A stretch of DNA of 57,695 nucleotides, from IMG/VR virus record IMGVR_UViG_3300045988_076491; one strand, given 5' to 3'. Below, piece by piece: positions 44,369-53,587 of the stretch. The DNA comes from a virus. A program made the translations under genes and the position numbers. Numbering within the stretch: the stretch's first letter is position 1; every line of letters starts with the position of its first letter. Under the pieces are notes generated by a model. The model saw only the letters and a program-made list of their open reading frames with translations, made no database searches and was not told the DNA's origin.

Positions 44369-44373
44369 CATTC

Positions 44374-44889
44374 TTACATCAGACTTTTCAGAAGTTCTAC
44401 AACCTTTTCTTGACTCAGATTTCCTGAACTTTCAATTGTATCAATGATGGTCTGTACATCTGTTTTTCTAACATATTCATTATCAACAGGTTTTGTAGAT
44501 TCTCTTCTTTCAATCAGCATCTTTTCAATCTCACAGGCTTTTCTGTACTCATCATTATCACCCTCAACATCTGTCAACCATTTGGTAAGTGTCTTTTTTG
44601 ATTGAATACTTCTAATGGCCTTTATGGTCTCATCATAATCTAACTGGTCAACATCTTCCTGTGTGTACATTGTAACTGGCTTTTCTTTAGGGTCAAGTAA
44701 CTGTCTAACCTCTTTTAAGACCTGCTCATATTTTACTACCTCAGTCATCTCTTCCTCATAGGTCTTCTTGCCCTTCTGCTTTTTAAGGCGGCACTTCAGA
44801 GACTGCACCCTTTTAAGCTCCTTTGCTACAAGGTCCACATTGTTCTCGAACTTTTCTGCAACCTTTTCGATTTCTTTCATGTTTGTCAT
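44374..44889 (-). CDS. 171-aa charged helical protein; paralogue of the 41490 product
   Basis: ATG at 44889 (GAAAGTGAGG RBS). Motifs LKRVQSLKCRLKKQKG and IRSIQSKKTLTKW. Confidence 0.75.
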   Translation of the reverse strand: MTNMKEIEKVAEKFENNVDLVAKELKRVQSLKCRLKKQKGKKTYEEEMTEVVKYEQVLKEVRQLLDPKEKPVTMYTQEDVDQLDYDETIKAIRSIQSKKTLTKWLTDVEGDNDEYRKACEIEKMLIERRESTKPVDNEYVRKTDVQTIIDTIESSGNLSQEKVVELLKSLM

Positions 44890-44950
44890 TTTGATTTCCT
44901 CACTTTCAATATTATTTTTGTAAGTCATTCATTACTCACTTACAATATAA

Positions 44951-44979
44951 ATTATATCGTGGATTTTGGAATTTGTAAA
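44951..44979 (-). promoter_or_regulatory. Sigma-70-type promoter (minus strand)
   Basis: Minus strand reads TTTACA (44974-44979), 17-nt spacer, TATAAT (44951-44956). Confidence 0.65.
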
Positions 44980-45453
44980 TAGTTTCTTTCAAAAAAGTTG
45001 CACAAAGAACTATACAATTTCCTATGCAATTTGACAGAACATTTGTTCTGTGCATACCGCCCAAAAATTGCGCCGGATTCTGTGCAGTTTTGCCGGCCCC
45101 TTAGCGCGGTGGCGCTTGCACAAGTTAACTTTGCCAAAAATAAACAAATAAAAGAAGATGCAAAGTCTAGCATAACTGCAGCATCACAGCCTAAATGAGA
45201 CTCAGCAGCCCGACGCCACGTAGCCGCCCTTCGCTGCTTAGACAAATAGACAATCCAAAGATTACAGGAAGCTATAGTAGTTACAGAAGCGACCTTTTCC
45301 GGCAAAAAATCTAGAGGAATTGTAGATAAACTGGAAAGAAAATAGTTATTTTGTTTATTATATGTGTTAATATTGTAAAAATTAACTTGCAGCATGTACT
45401 TGGTACTTGTAACGAGCTCGTGAGCATCCCAGAAGAGATTTTATAAGGTGTAT

Positions 45454-45469
45454 ATTACGAACGTGTTGC
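45454..45469 (-). promoter_or_regulatory. Inverted copy of the 16-mer GCAACACGTTCGTAAT
   Basis: The plus strand reads ATTACGAACGTGTTGC, the exact reverse complement of 10367-10382. Confidence 0.6.
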
Positions 45470-45539
45470 ACGTAAGGCCTTTTTAAGGAAAAATCTACTA
45501 TTTCTCTCGATTTTGCTGACTATTGGATAACACTTGTAG

Positions 45540-45568
45540 CTATACACGGCAGCCAAACAACGTATAAT
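45540..45568 (+). promoter_or_regulatory. Late-type promoter upstream of terS
   Basis: CTATAC, 17-nt spacer, TATAAT, then ATAATTAGGAGGTGATT. The same cassette occurs at 40270 (minus strand) and 50633. Confidence 0.6.
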
Positions 45569-45586
45569 ATAATTAGGAGGTGATTT

Positions 45587-46411
45587 ATGATGGGAGACCA
45601 GGAGCTTATGCGTCACGGTGACATTGCAGAACCAGTACTAATGGTGCATTGCCCAAGATGTGGTCAATACAAACCAGCTCATCATATTGACAAACACCTC
45701 TGCGTTGACTGTGCGAATGCTGAGAATACGCGTGTGACTTACTACAGGCAACACCAGGATGATTGGATAGCGAATGCCAAGGAGAATGGTATTGACCTTT
45801 GGTCGCAGCAGCCCGGCGAGACACAGTGGGAGTTCACAGTCTGGACAGCTTATAGAGACTCGTATCCAGGAAAGAAGCCTACATATGGTGATGTAGCTCG
45901 TCAGCTTAATACTACCTACAACTCTGTCAAGAAGATTGCACAGCGTTGGTCATTCCAGTTGCGTATGCAGGCCTGGATGAAGTATTGTGATGACATCACG
46001 CTGCAGCAGCGCAGGCAAGAAATCTTGGATATGAATAAGGACCATGTAGATATGGCGGCTAGGTTGCGCTCGAAGCTCAGCACCGCTATTGACATGATTG
46101 ACCCGATGTCGCTTAAGCCTGGTGAGATTGCTTCCCTTGCTAAGTTAGCAGCAGACATGGAACGCAAAGCTCGTACTGACACTATTGCTCAGGAAGAGAT
46201 GCGTCGCGATGCTATGGTTGATACAGAGAACCCAGACATCAAGAAGAGTCCTACAAAGCAGGCTGACTTGAGTGAGGTAGTCGGAATACTCCTTAAGGCA
46301 GGGGCACTTGGTGACATCACACAGATTGGTGTTCGCCAGACCAAGACAACCGAAGTCGCACTTGTAGATGCTAATGGCAACTCATCTAGTGTGACAATGG
46401 ATGATGAGTAA
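45587..46411 (+). CDS. terS: Terminase small subunit candidate (N-terminal Zn ribbon plus HTH)
   Basis: CPRCGQYKP...CVDC; HTH-like TYGDVARQLNTTYNSVKKIAQRW. First gene of the packaging cluster. Confidence 0.6.
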   Translation: MMGDQELMRHGDIAEPVLMVHCPRCGQYKPAHHIDKHLCVDCANAENTRVTYYRQHQDDWIANAKENGIDLWSQQPGETQWEFTVWTAYRDSYPGKKPTYGDVARQLNTTYNSVKKIAQRWSFQLRMQAWMKYCDDITLQQRRQEILDMNKDHVDMAARLRSKLSTAIDMIDPMSLKPGEIASLAKLAADMERKARTDTIAQEEMRRDAMVDTENPDIKKSPTKQADLSEVVGILLKAGALGDITQIGVRQTKTTEVALVDANGNSSSVTMDDE

Positions 46412-46427
46412 AGAAAGGTAGAGAAGT

Positions 46428-47000
46428 ATGGGCAAGAGTCGTAACACAAGGATGTACGGCACTTATCCGTCTGAGACATTTAAGGAGCACGGTCAACTCT
46501 TTCGTCGCTGTGTATTTTGTGGCGAGGTAAAGCCTATTACTGACTTTCATCGTAATGGCACAGATAAGAAAGGCCGTCCTGAATGGAGACAGGACTGTAA
46601 GTGTTGTTACAATATCCGTAGGAAAGAAAACAGAACAAAGAAAAAGCATTCTGACTTTATTGGAGGTCAGAAGCGCCGTGGTGAGGAAAATCCAGAGTTC
46701 ACTCATCAAGAGTGGAAAGAAGCATTGATTTTCTTCGGTGGAGAGTGTGCTTATTGTGGATGCACTCCGCGTAAGGGTCAGAGAATGACTCGTGACCATC
46801 TTGAGCCGGTTAGCGAGGGTGGACGTACTATTCAGAGTAACATCGTACCGGCATGCCAGTCATGTAACAGCTCTAAAGGTGCTGAGGACTTTAAAGACTG
46901 GTTTATGAAGCAGCCATTCTTTAGTCAGGAGAGACTTAACAGAATATTTAAGTGGCGCACTATTATCCGACAGGTAGAAGGAGGTGTTAAGAATGATTAG
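46428..47000 (+). CDS. HNH endonuclease with an N-terminal Zn ribbon
   Basis: CAYCG...TRDHLEPVSEGG...NIVPACQSCNSSKG; N-terminal CVFCGEVKPITDF...CKCCY. Confidence 0.85.
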   Translation: MGKSRNTRMYGTYPSETFKEHGQLFRRCVFCGEVKPITDFHRNGTDKKGRPEWRQDCKCCYNIRRKENRTKKKHSDFIGGQKRRGEENPEFTHQEWKEALIFFGGECAYCGCTPRKGQRMTRDHLEPVSEGGRTIQSNIVPACQSCNSSKGAEDFKDWFMKQPFFSQERLNRIFKWRTIIRQVEGGVKND

Positions 47001-47316
47001 TATTACGGCTGAAGCATTACCTCAGCTGGTAGTTGCGATTGGTGCCTTGGCATTTATCGTATCTGTCATCACTGAGGTAATTAAAAGCATTGGCGTTATG
47101 AAGAAGGTACCTACTGACATTGTAGTTCTTGCATTATCTATGGTCCTTACTGTAGTAGCATTTCTTGCATATGCACAGTATGCATCTATTACTATTGTGT
47201 GGTACTGGGTTGTAGCAGCTATTATCTGTGGCTTCTTTGTAGCATTCATTGCTATGTATGGTTGGAGTAAGCTCACTGAGCTTTGGGCCAGATTTAATCC
47301 GAATAGCAAAGAGTAA
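46993..47316 (+). CDS. Three-TM holin-like membrane protein
   Basis: ATG at 46993 (GGAGG RBS). TM segments LVVAIGALAFIVSVI, IVVLALSMVLTVVAFLAY and VWYWVVAAIICGFFVAFIAMY, with a charged C-terminus. Confidence 0.55.
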   Translation: MISITAEALPQLVVAIGALAFIVSVITEVIKSIGVMKKVPTDIVVLALSMVLTVVAFLAYAQYASITIVWYWVVAAIICGFFVAFIAMYGWSKLTELWARFNPNSKE

Positions 47317-47330
47317 GGAGGTAATGGGTC

Positions 47331-48698
47331 ATGAGTATAGACTTGAATGGAATTGACCTGCAACAGCTGCAGGGAATTTTAACGCCACGTCTGACTAAGT
47401 ATATCCCTTATGACCCTACACCTAAACAGCGAGCTTTCTTACTTATGAATGATACGAAAGAGATTTTGTATGGTGGAGCAGCCGGTGGAGGTAAGTCTGT
47501 AGCACAGCTTATGGCAGCGTTACAGTATGTAGATATACCAGGCTACTCCGCTATACTTTTTCGTAAGACATATGCTGATTTATCATTGCCTGGTGCATTG
47601 ATAGATATGTCTAAACAATGGCTGATGCCTTTTGTTGATAGTAAGGAAGTTAAGTGGTCTGAAAAGGAAAAGCAGTATGTTTTTCCTTCAGGTGCCACAC
47701 TGAACTTTGGTTATCTTGAGTCAGCTAACGATTGTTATCGTTACCAAGGTGCTGAATTTCAGTATATAGGAATGGATGAGGTTACGCATATAGACCCTAC
47801 TAACTACAGGTATCTATTCTCACGTTTACGTAAGCCAAAGACATTGCAAGTACCTTTAAGATTTAGAGCTACAGCAAACCCTGGTGGACAATTTGGTGAA
47901 TACTATTACCAAAGATTCTTTGTTGAGGGTAAAGATGCTGGGCGTATTTTTATAGGTGCAGGTATTGATGATAACCCATATCTTGATGCTGAAGCTTATA
48001 AAGAATCACTTGCAGAGTTGGACCCTATAGAACGTGAGCGTTTATTGAATGGTAACTGGGAAATTAAAGCATCTGGTGATATGCTTAATAGGCACTGGTT
48101 TACTATAGTACCTGCATCTGAAGTTCCTGCTGCTGCTAGAAGGGTACGATACTGGGATATGGCGTCTACAGACCCTAAGAAGCGCAAAGGTAAGAATAAG
48201 CGAGAGCCAGACTGGACAGTTGGATTTAAGCTTGCGCACTACCAGGGTATGTATTGGATTGAGGACATTATACGAGAACAAAAAATGCCTGGCGATTTGG
48301 AGAAGCTTTTAGGCGAAACAGCACGAGCAGATGGATATGACGTAGCAATACGTATGGAGGAAGAGCCAGGTTCTTCTGGTAAGATTACTACTGACCACTA
48401 TGCAAGGCATGTACTGCAAGGGTATGACTTTATTGGCGTATCCTCTACAGGTTCTAAGGTTGAAAGAGCTAGAACAGCATCAGCAGCAGCACAAAGGGGT
48501 AATGTGCACATTGTACAAGGATGCAGAAACATTCTACCTTTTCTTGATGAGGCTGACTTATTTCCTTATGGTATTCATGATGATACAATAGATGGCTTCT
48601 CTGGAGCTTTCAATTACTTTAGAGGGCCTACACTTAATAGGGTTCCATCTGGTATAAAGAAAACAGGTGGTTCTTACTGGACAAAATTTAGGAGGTGA
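47331..48698 (+). CDS. terL: Terminase large subunit
   Basis: Walker A GGAAGGGKS; Walker B YIGMDEV; C-terminal nuclease-like region with conserved D residues. Confidence 0.9.
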   Translation: MSIDLNGIDLQQLQGILTPRLTKYIPYDPTPKQRAFLLMNDTKEILYGGAAGGGKSVAQLMAALQYVDIPGYSAILFRKTYADLSLPGALIDMSKQWLMPFVDSKEVKWSEKEKQYVFPSGATLNFGYLESANDCYRYQGAEFQYIGMDEVTHIDPTNYRYLFSRLRKPKTLQVPLRFRATANPGGQFGEYYYQRFFVEGKDAGRIFIGAGIDDNPYLDAEAYKESLAELDPIERERLLNGNWEIKASGDMLNRHWFTIVPASEVPAAARRVRYWDMASTDPKKRKGKNKREPDWTVGFKLAHYQGMYWIEDIIREQKMPGDLEKLLGETARADGYDVAIRMEEEPGSSGKITTDHYARHVLQGYDFIGVSSTGSKVERARTASAAAQRGNVHIVQGCRNILPFLDEADLFPYGIHDDTIDGFSGAFNYFRGPTLNRVPSGIKKTGGSYWTKFRR

Positions 48699-48703
48699 TA
48701 TAA

Positions 48704-50095
48704 ATGCAAAATGGTAAAAAGCCTGTTAACTTTAAGCAATTAGGTACTACAGGTCTTAAACGATATGGTCCGTATGTATACGAAGAGTTCCTTCCTGAAT
48801 TACGTTGGCCATACGCTGGTAAAATATACCAAGAAATGGCTGATAATGACCCAGTTATTGGCGCTATTTTGTACTTAGCTGAAATGCTTATTAGAGGAAC
48901 TACATGGACTGTAGAACCTGCTAGTACATCTGCAGAAGATGTAGAGGCTGCTAAGTTTCTTGAAAGCTGTATGAATGATATGGATATGTCATGGGCAAAT
49001 ACCATATCTGAAATTCTGTCTATGCTTACGTATGGATTCAGCTTTCATGAAATTGTATATAAGGTTAGGCGTGGACCAAATGAAGTAAGTCCTAGATACA
49101 AAAGTGAGTACTCTGATGGACGTATTGGTTGGAGACGTTTGCCTATTAGAGCACAGACATCGTTGCATGAATGGAAATTCAACGATGAAGGTGACGTTAT
49201 TGCATTCGTTCAGATGGCTGAGCCTGACTTCAAGCTTGTAACAATTCCTATGTCAAAAGGTCTACTATTTAGAACAAGAGTTAGTAGAGACAACCCTGAA
49301 GGTAAATCTTTACTGCGTAATGCTTACAGACCTTGGTTCTTCAAAAAGCATTTTGAAGAAATTGAAGGTATTGGAATTGAACGTGACCTTGCTGGTTTTC
49401 CTGTTCTTAAGGCTCCACAGGACCTGGACCTTTGGAATGAAGATGATGAGAGAATGGTTGCCTTAAGAACTAGAGCTGAAGAGCTTGTAGCTTCTGTAAG
49501 ACGTGACAGTGAAGAAGGTATTCTGCTTCCTTACGGATGGGAATTATCACTTCTTTCATCTGGTTCATCAAGACAAATTAACATTGGAGAAACAATTGAC
49601 AGGTATGATAATAGAATAGCTATTACGATGCTTTCTGACATTATTTTGATTGGTAATAATAAGGCTGGTTCTTTTGCATTAGCTGATACAAAGCAGTCTA
49701 TGCTTGCTGCTGCTTTACAAGCACAACTCCAGAATATATCTGATGTGTTCAATAATAAGGCAGTACCCGATTTGTTTAGCTACAATTACTTTCCTAATAT
49801 TACTGGTCTTCCTAAGATTGTTCCTGGTCAAATTCAGACGCCATCACTTAAGGAACTTGCACTTGTACTTCGTGCTATGGGACTTAATATTGCAGGCGAT
49901 ATGAAGCTGCAAAATTACTTACGTCATATACTTGGCATGCCAGACCTTGACGAAGAGACATTTGAGTCAGTATATCAGGGTCAAACAAGTGCCAATAATA
50001 ATAACGCTGGTAATAATACAGATGAATTTGATGACACTGCGGAGAACGACTTTGAACAGAATGATTTAAGCTATACCGGAAGCGGAGGTGAATAA
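48704..50095 (+). CDS. Portal protein
   Basis: 463 aa, immediately after terL, with an acidic C-terminus. Call rests on position and size. Confidence 0.75.
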   Translation: MQNGKKPVNFKQLGTTGLKRYGPYVYEEFLPELRWPYAGKIYQEMADNDPVIGAILYLAEMLIRGTTWTVEPASTSAEDVEAAKFLESCMNDMDMSWANTISEILSMLTYGFSFHEIVYKVRRGPNEVSPRYKSEYSDGRIGWRRLPIRAQTSLHEWKFNDEGDVIAFVQMAEPDFKLVTIPMSKGLLFRTRVSRDNPEGKSLLRNAYRPWFFKKHFEEIEGIGIERDLAGFPVLKAPQDLDLWNEDDERMVALRTRAEELVASVRRDSEEGILLPYGWELSLLSSGSSRQINIGETIDRYDNRIAITMLSDIILIGNNKAGSFALADTKQSMLAAALQAQLQNISDVFNNKAVPDLFSYNYFPNITGLPKIVPGQIQTPSLKELALVLRAMGLNIAGDMKLQNYLRHILGMPDLDEETFESVYQGQTSANNNNAGNNTDEFDDTAENDFEQNDLSYTGSGGE

Positions 50096-50096
50096 G

Positions 50097-50630
50097 ATGA
50101 GTGTTGTAGTTACCAATAGGGAAATACATGATACGCAGCAAATCAGTGTATATAATGAAGACGGTTCTACAAAGACTGTGTCTCGTAGCGAATCTGTTTA
50201 TATAACTGAGGAGCAGCCTGTACCTGACGAGTGTGCTGTTGATGTGCTGTTTGACATTACAAAGTCAAACAGTGATGAAGGCTTAGTTAGTGGATGGGCA
50301 AGTGTAGCAGTCAATGCTAACGGCTCTTTACCACTTGATTGGCAGGATGACATTATAAGACCTGAGGTGCTTGAAAAAGCAGCTATAAAGTTTATGATGG
50401 ACTACCGTGCAAGTGGTGTTATGCATGAAGGCGAATCTAAGAGCGTAGTAGTTGAATCTATTGTGTTCACAAAAGAAAAGCAAGCATGCATAGGTATTCC
50501 TGAAGGGACTGTTCCTGAAGGATGGTTTATTACTGTTAAAGTTTTGGACCCAGATGTATTTGCTAAAGTTAAGAATGGAACATTTAAGATGTTTTCAATA
50601 CAGGGCGATGCAAAACGAATTAAGCTTTAG
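50097..50630 (+). CDS. XkdF-like putative prohead protease
   Basis: ATG at 50097. VSGWASVAV...DWQDD...MHEG...VVES resembles the XkdF family. Lies between the portal and scaffold genes. Confidence 0.55.
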   Translation: MSVVVTNREIHDTQQISVYNEDGSTKTVSRSESVYITEEQPVPDECAVDVLFDITKSNSDEGLVSGWASVAVNANGSLPLDWQDDIIRPEVLEKAAIKFMMDYRASGVMHEGESKSVVVESIVFTKEKQACIGIPEGTVPEGWFITVKVLDPDVFAKVKNGTFKMFSIQGDAKRIKL

Positions 50631-50632
50631 TG

Positions 50633-50661
50633 TTATATAATCGGGCCAAACAACGTATAAT
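50633..50661 (+). promoter_or_regulatory. Late-type promoter upstream of the scaffold and capsid genes
   Basis: TTATAT, 17-nt spacer, TATAAT, within gccaaacaacgtataatataa, which is shared with 45550-45570. Confidence 0.6.
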
Positions 50662-50681
50662 ATAAATAGGGGGTGTGACAA

Positions 50682-51548
50682 ATGCCATACTTACTTGAGG
50701 ACTTGGTTATAAACCGAGTTGATTTAGTTGATGAAGGAGCCAATTCGGCAGCTTTCATAGAACTTTATAAAAGAAAGGAGCGAAGTGCAACCATGGATAT
50801 TAAGGAAATCCTTAGTAAAATGAAGCCAGAGCATTCAGTGGTCATTCAGGCTGAGCTTGATAAATTGTCAGGTGAAGTTACAAAGGCTAAAGAAGATTTG
50901 GCAACAGTAACCACTGAGTGTAGCACAGCTAAGCAGGACCTTGAGAAGGCTAAAGAAGACCTGAAGGCGGCAAATGAAGGCAAGGAGAAAGCTGAGTCTG
51001 AACTTGAAACGCTTAAGGCTAAAAAGTCTGAAGAGTGTGAATGCGATGGTGAAGCTGATGAGAATGGTATGTGCAAGGTTTGTGGAAAGCCTAAGAAGAA
51101 AGCAGCATTTGACGAAGAGGAAACTCTGAAGAGTATGCCGGCTGCAGCACGTGCTATGTTTATTAAGATGCGTACTCAGAAAGAAGCAGCTGAGGAAGAG
51201 GTGCGTAAAGCAAAAGATGCTGAGGCACAGGCTGAGGCAGTTGCAAAGGCTGCAGAGCTTAAGGCATTACCTATCGAGACTGATAAGCTCGTTGGTGTTC
51301 TTAAGAATTGTAGCGCTGAAACGGTAGATGTACTTACAACTATCAATGCAGCAATTGAAGGAACAGTTCTTGATGAAGTCGGCAAGAGCAACCCTGGAAG
51401 CAAGGGAGCAGATGCTTGGGCAAAGATTGAAGCTAAGGCTGATGAGATTGCTAAGCGTGACAGTGTAACCAAGCAGAAGGCTGTGTCAATTGCCATCAAG
51501 GAAAATCCTGAACTTTACAAAGAATATTTACAGGGAGGTGCAAACTAA
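50682..51548 (+). CDS. Scaffolding protein
   Basis: 288 aa, A/E/K-rich coiled coil, upstream of the capsid gene. Confidence 0.7.
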   Translation: MPYLLEDLVINRVDLVDEGANSAAFIELYKRKERSATMDIKEILSKMKPEHSVVIQAELDKLSGEVTKAKEDLATVTTECSTAKQDLEKAKEDLKAANEGKEKAESELETLKAKKSEECECDGEADENGMCKVCGKPKKKAAFDEEETLKSMPAAARAMFIKMRTQKEAAEEEVRKAKDAEAQAEAVAKAAELKALPIETDKLVGVLKNCSAETVDVLTTINAAIEGTVLDEVGKSNPGSKGADAWAKIEAKADEIAKRDSVTKQKAVSIAIKENPELYKEYLQGGAN

Positions 51549-51883
51549 TGAACGCTTATGAAATTCCTGGCCTTAGATATAGCTTACCAGCTGGTGGAGC
51601 TGTTGAAAGACATCGTTTCGTTACTGTTGATGAGAACAGTAATGGCATTCAGGCTGTTGCAGATTCTAACATTATCGGTGTGTCCATGAATAAGACCTCT
51701 GCTGGTCAGGTTCTTGAGATTGCTGATGGTATTGTTATGGTTGAAGCAGCTAAAGCTGTTACAGCAGGTAAGATTGCCTATGCTGATGCTAACGGCAAGG
51801 TAACTGATACTGGTACTGTAGTTGCCGGTATTGTAATCACTTCTGCTGTTGCAGGTGGTCTTGCAGCAGTTAAGATTAACTAA
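51548..51883 (+). CDS. DUF2190-like capsid accessory or decoration protein
   Basis: 111 aa with TAATG coupling. The G/A/V-rich beta pattern (RHRFVTVD...GV...AG...VEA) is typical of DUF2190. Confidence 0.55.
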   Translation: MNAYEIPGLRYSLPAGGAVERHRFVTVDENSNGIQAVADSNIIGVSMNKTSAGQVLEIADGIVMVEAAKAVTAGKIAYADANGKVTDTGTVVAGIVITSAVAGGLAAVKIN

Positions 51884-51903
51884 TTGAAAGGAGATGCAAA
51901 ATA

Positions 51904-52881
51904 ATGCCTACTATGCAGAACGCTCATATTGATAGAGCATTAACCAATACGTCCGTTGCTTATATGCAGGATGCGTCTGCTTTCATTGCAGACAAAGTTT
52001 TCCCGATTGTCCCTGTTAAGAGACAGTCAGACGTTTTCTACATCTACAACAAAGGAGACTTCATGCGTGATGAAGCTCAGGTACGTGGCGCAGCAAGTGA
52101 GTCTGCCGGTGGCGATTACGGTGTTGAAGCAAGCGACCCGTACTACTGCCGTAAGCATGCATTCCATAAGGATGTTACTCCTGAGGAGCGTGCAAACTAC
52201 GACGAGCCGCTTGATGCTGACACTGATGCAACTGATTTCGTATCTCAGAAGATGCTTATCCGTCGCGAGATGGAATGGGCTACTAAGTTCTTCAAGGCTG
52301 GAGTATGGGGTCGTGAGATTTCTGGTGTAGATGCTTCTCCGTCTACTAACCAGGCTATCAAGTGGAATAAGGATACATCTAATCCTATTAAGGACATTAC
52401 TGAAGCAGGCGTTCAGATGGCATCTGAGACTGGATACAAGCCTAACACACTTGTTCTTTCTCCGTTTGCTTTCAATGCACTTAAGAACCACTTTGATATT
52501 CTTGACCGTATCAAGTATACTCAGAAGGGTATCGTTACGGCTGACCTGCTTGCTACACTGTTTGAAGTTGAACATGTGTATGTTGCATGGGCTGTAGTTA
52601 ACTCTGCAGACAAGAATGCACAAGACAATGTTGGATTCATTATGGGTAAGCATGCTTTACTGTGTTACAGCAATCCTCGTCCGGCTCTTAAGAAACCTTC
52701 CGCAGGTTATATCTTTGCATGGACCGGCCTTGAAGGTTCTGGTGCGTATGGTAACCGTATCGTTAGACTGCCTATGGATATGCTCGGCCTTGGCACTGAA
52801 CGTATTGAAGGTGAGATTGCGTTTGACGCTAAGAAAATCTGTGGTGACCTTGGTACGTTCTTCAAGGACATTGTTGACTAA
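51904..52881 (+). CDS. Major capsid protein
   Basis: 325 aa, following the scaffold and DUF2190 genes, with a strong RBS. Call rests on position and size. Confidence 0.8.
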   Translation: MPTMQNAHIDRALTNTSVAYMQDASAFIADKVFPIVPVKRQSDVFYIYNKGDFMRDEAQVRGAASESAGGDYGVEASDPYYCRKHAFHKDVTPEERANYDEPLDADTDATDFVSQKMLIRREMEWATKFFKAGVWGREISGVDASPSTNQAIKWNKDTSNPIKDITEAGVQMASETGYKPNTLVLSPFAFNALKNHFDILDRIKYTQKGIVTADLLATLFEVEHVYVAWAVVNSADKNAQDNVGFIMGKHALLCYSNPRPALKKPSAGYIFAWTGLEGSGAYGNRIVRLPMDMLGLGTERIEGEIAFDAKKICGDLGTFFKDIVD

Positions 52882-53180
52882 TGTTTGTAGTTAAGCGTAC
52901 TTTTAGAGATGCTTCGGGTATGATTCCTGCTGGTTCTATTGTTGAGCCAGCAGGCATTAAAAGATTTAAGCATAGACTCTTAGAAGGTCATATTGTTGAA
53001 GTTAACGAGCAAAACTTTGATAAGTATGCTGATTTCTTTAAGCAGAGATATGGTATTGACCTTCCTGCTATTAAGCAGCCTGAAGTTAAACAAGAAAAAG
53101 TTGAGCAGCCTAAGGCGTCTACACCTGCAACTGCTAAAAAGACTGAAGTTAAGAAGGTAGTTGCAGCAGTAACTAAGTAG
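52881..53180 (+). CDS. Hypothetical head-associated protein with a K/E/P-rich tail
   Basis: TAATG coupling to the capsid gene. Confidence 0.6.
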   Translation: MFVVKRTFRDASGMIPAGSIVEPAGIKRFKHRLLEGHIVEVNEQNFDKYADFFKQRYGIDLPAIKQPEVKQEKVEQPKASTPATAKKTEVKKVVAAVTK

Positions 53181-53191
53181 GAGGTGATTTG

Positions 53192-53587
53192 ATGTCTTGG
53201 TCATATTCTGGCAATCCAGCTAGTAGTCAGGTTGATGAGTGTAGATTCCTATTAGGAGACACAAATGAGTCTGAGCCTATTATGCAGGATGAAGAGATTC
53301 AGTACATCATTGATACCTATGGTTCTAGCAAGAATCAGGTATTATACCAGCTATTTAGTAGAGCAGCAACAATCTTTGCAAGGGACATTAAGAGAAGTCT
53401 TGGTCCACAATCTGAAGACCCAACTGAAAGACTGAAGTACTTTAAGGAGCAGGCGGCTAGCTATAAAGCTAAGCTTACGTCTGCTGGTTTGTCTCTTCCT
53501 AAGTATGCATATCCAAAGGTATTCAGAAAAGGAATGCAGAATAATCCTCCTTATCCTATTCCTAAGGGGGGTGACTACCGTGTATGA
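53192..53587 (+). CDS. Head-tail connector / adaptor candidate
   Basis: ATG at 53192 with an AGGAGG RBS. Function is positional. Confidence 0.5.
   Translation: MSWSYSGNPASSQVDECRFLLGDTNESEPIMQDEEIQYIIDTYGSSKNQVLYQLFSRAATIFARDIKRSLGPQSEDPTERLKYFKEQAASYKAKLTSAGLSLPKYAYPKVFRKGMQNNPPYPIPKGGDYRV

Noticed and set aside
44952-45395. A 147-aa minus-strand ORF upstream of the 44374 gene.
   Set aside because: It spans the promoter of the 44374 gene and mixed AT-rich and GC-rich non-coding DNA. It has no RBS and a low-complexity N-terminus (NFYNINTYNKQNNYF).
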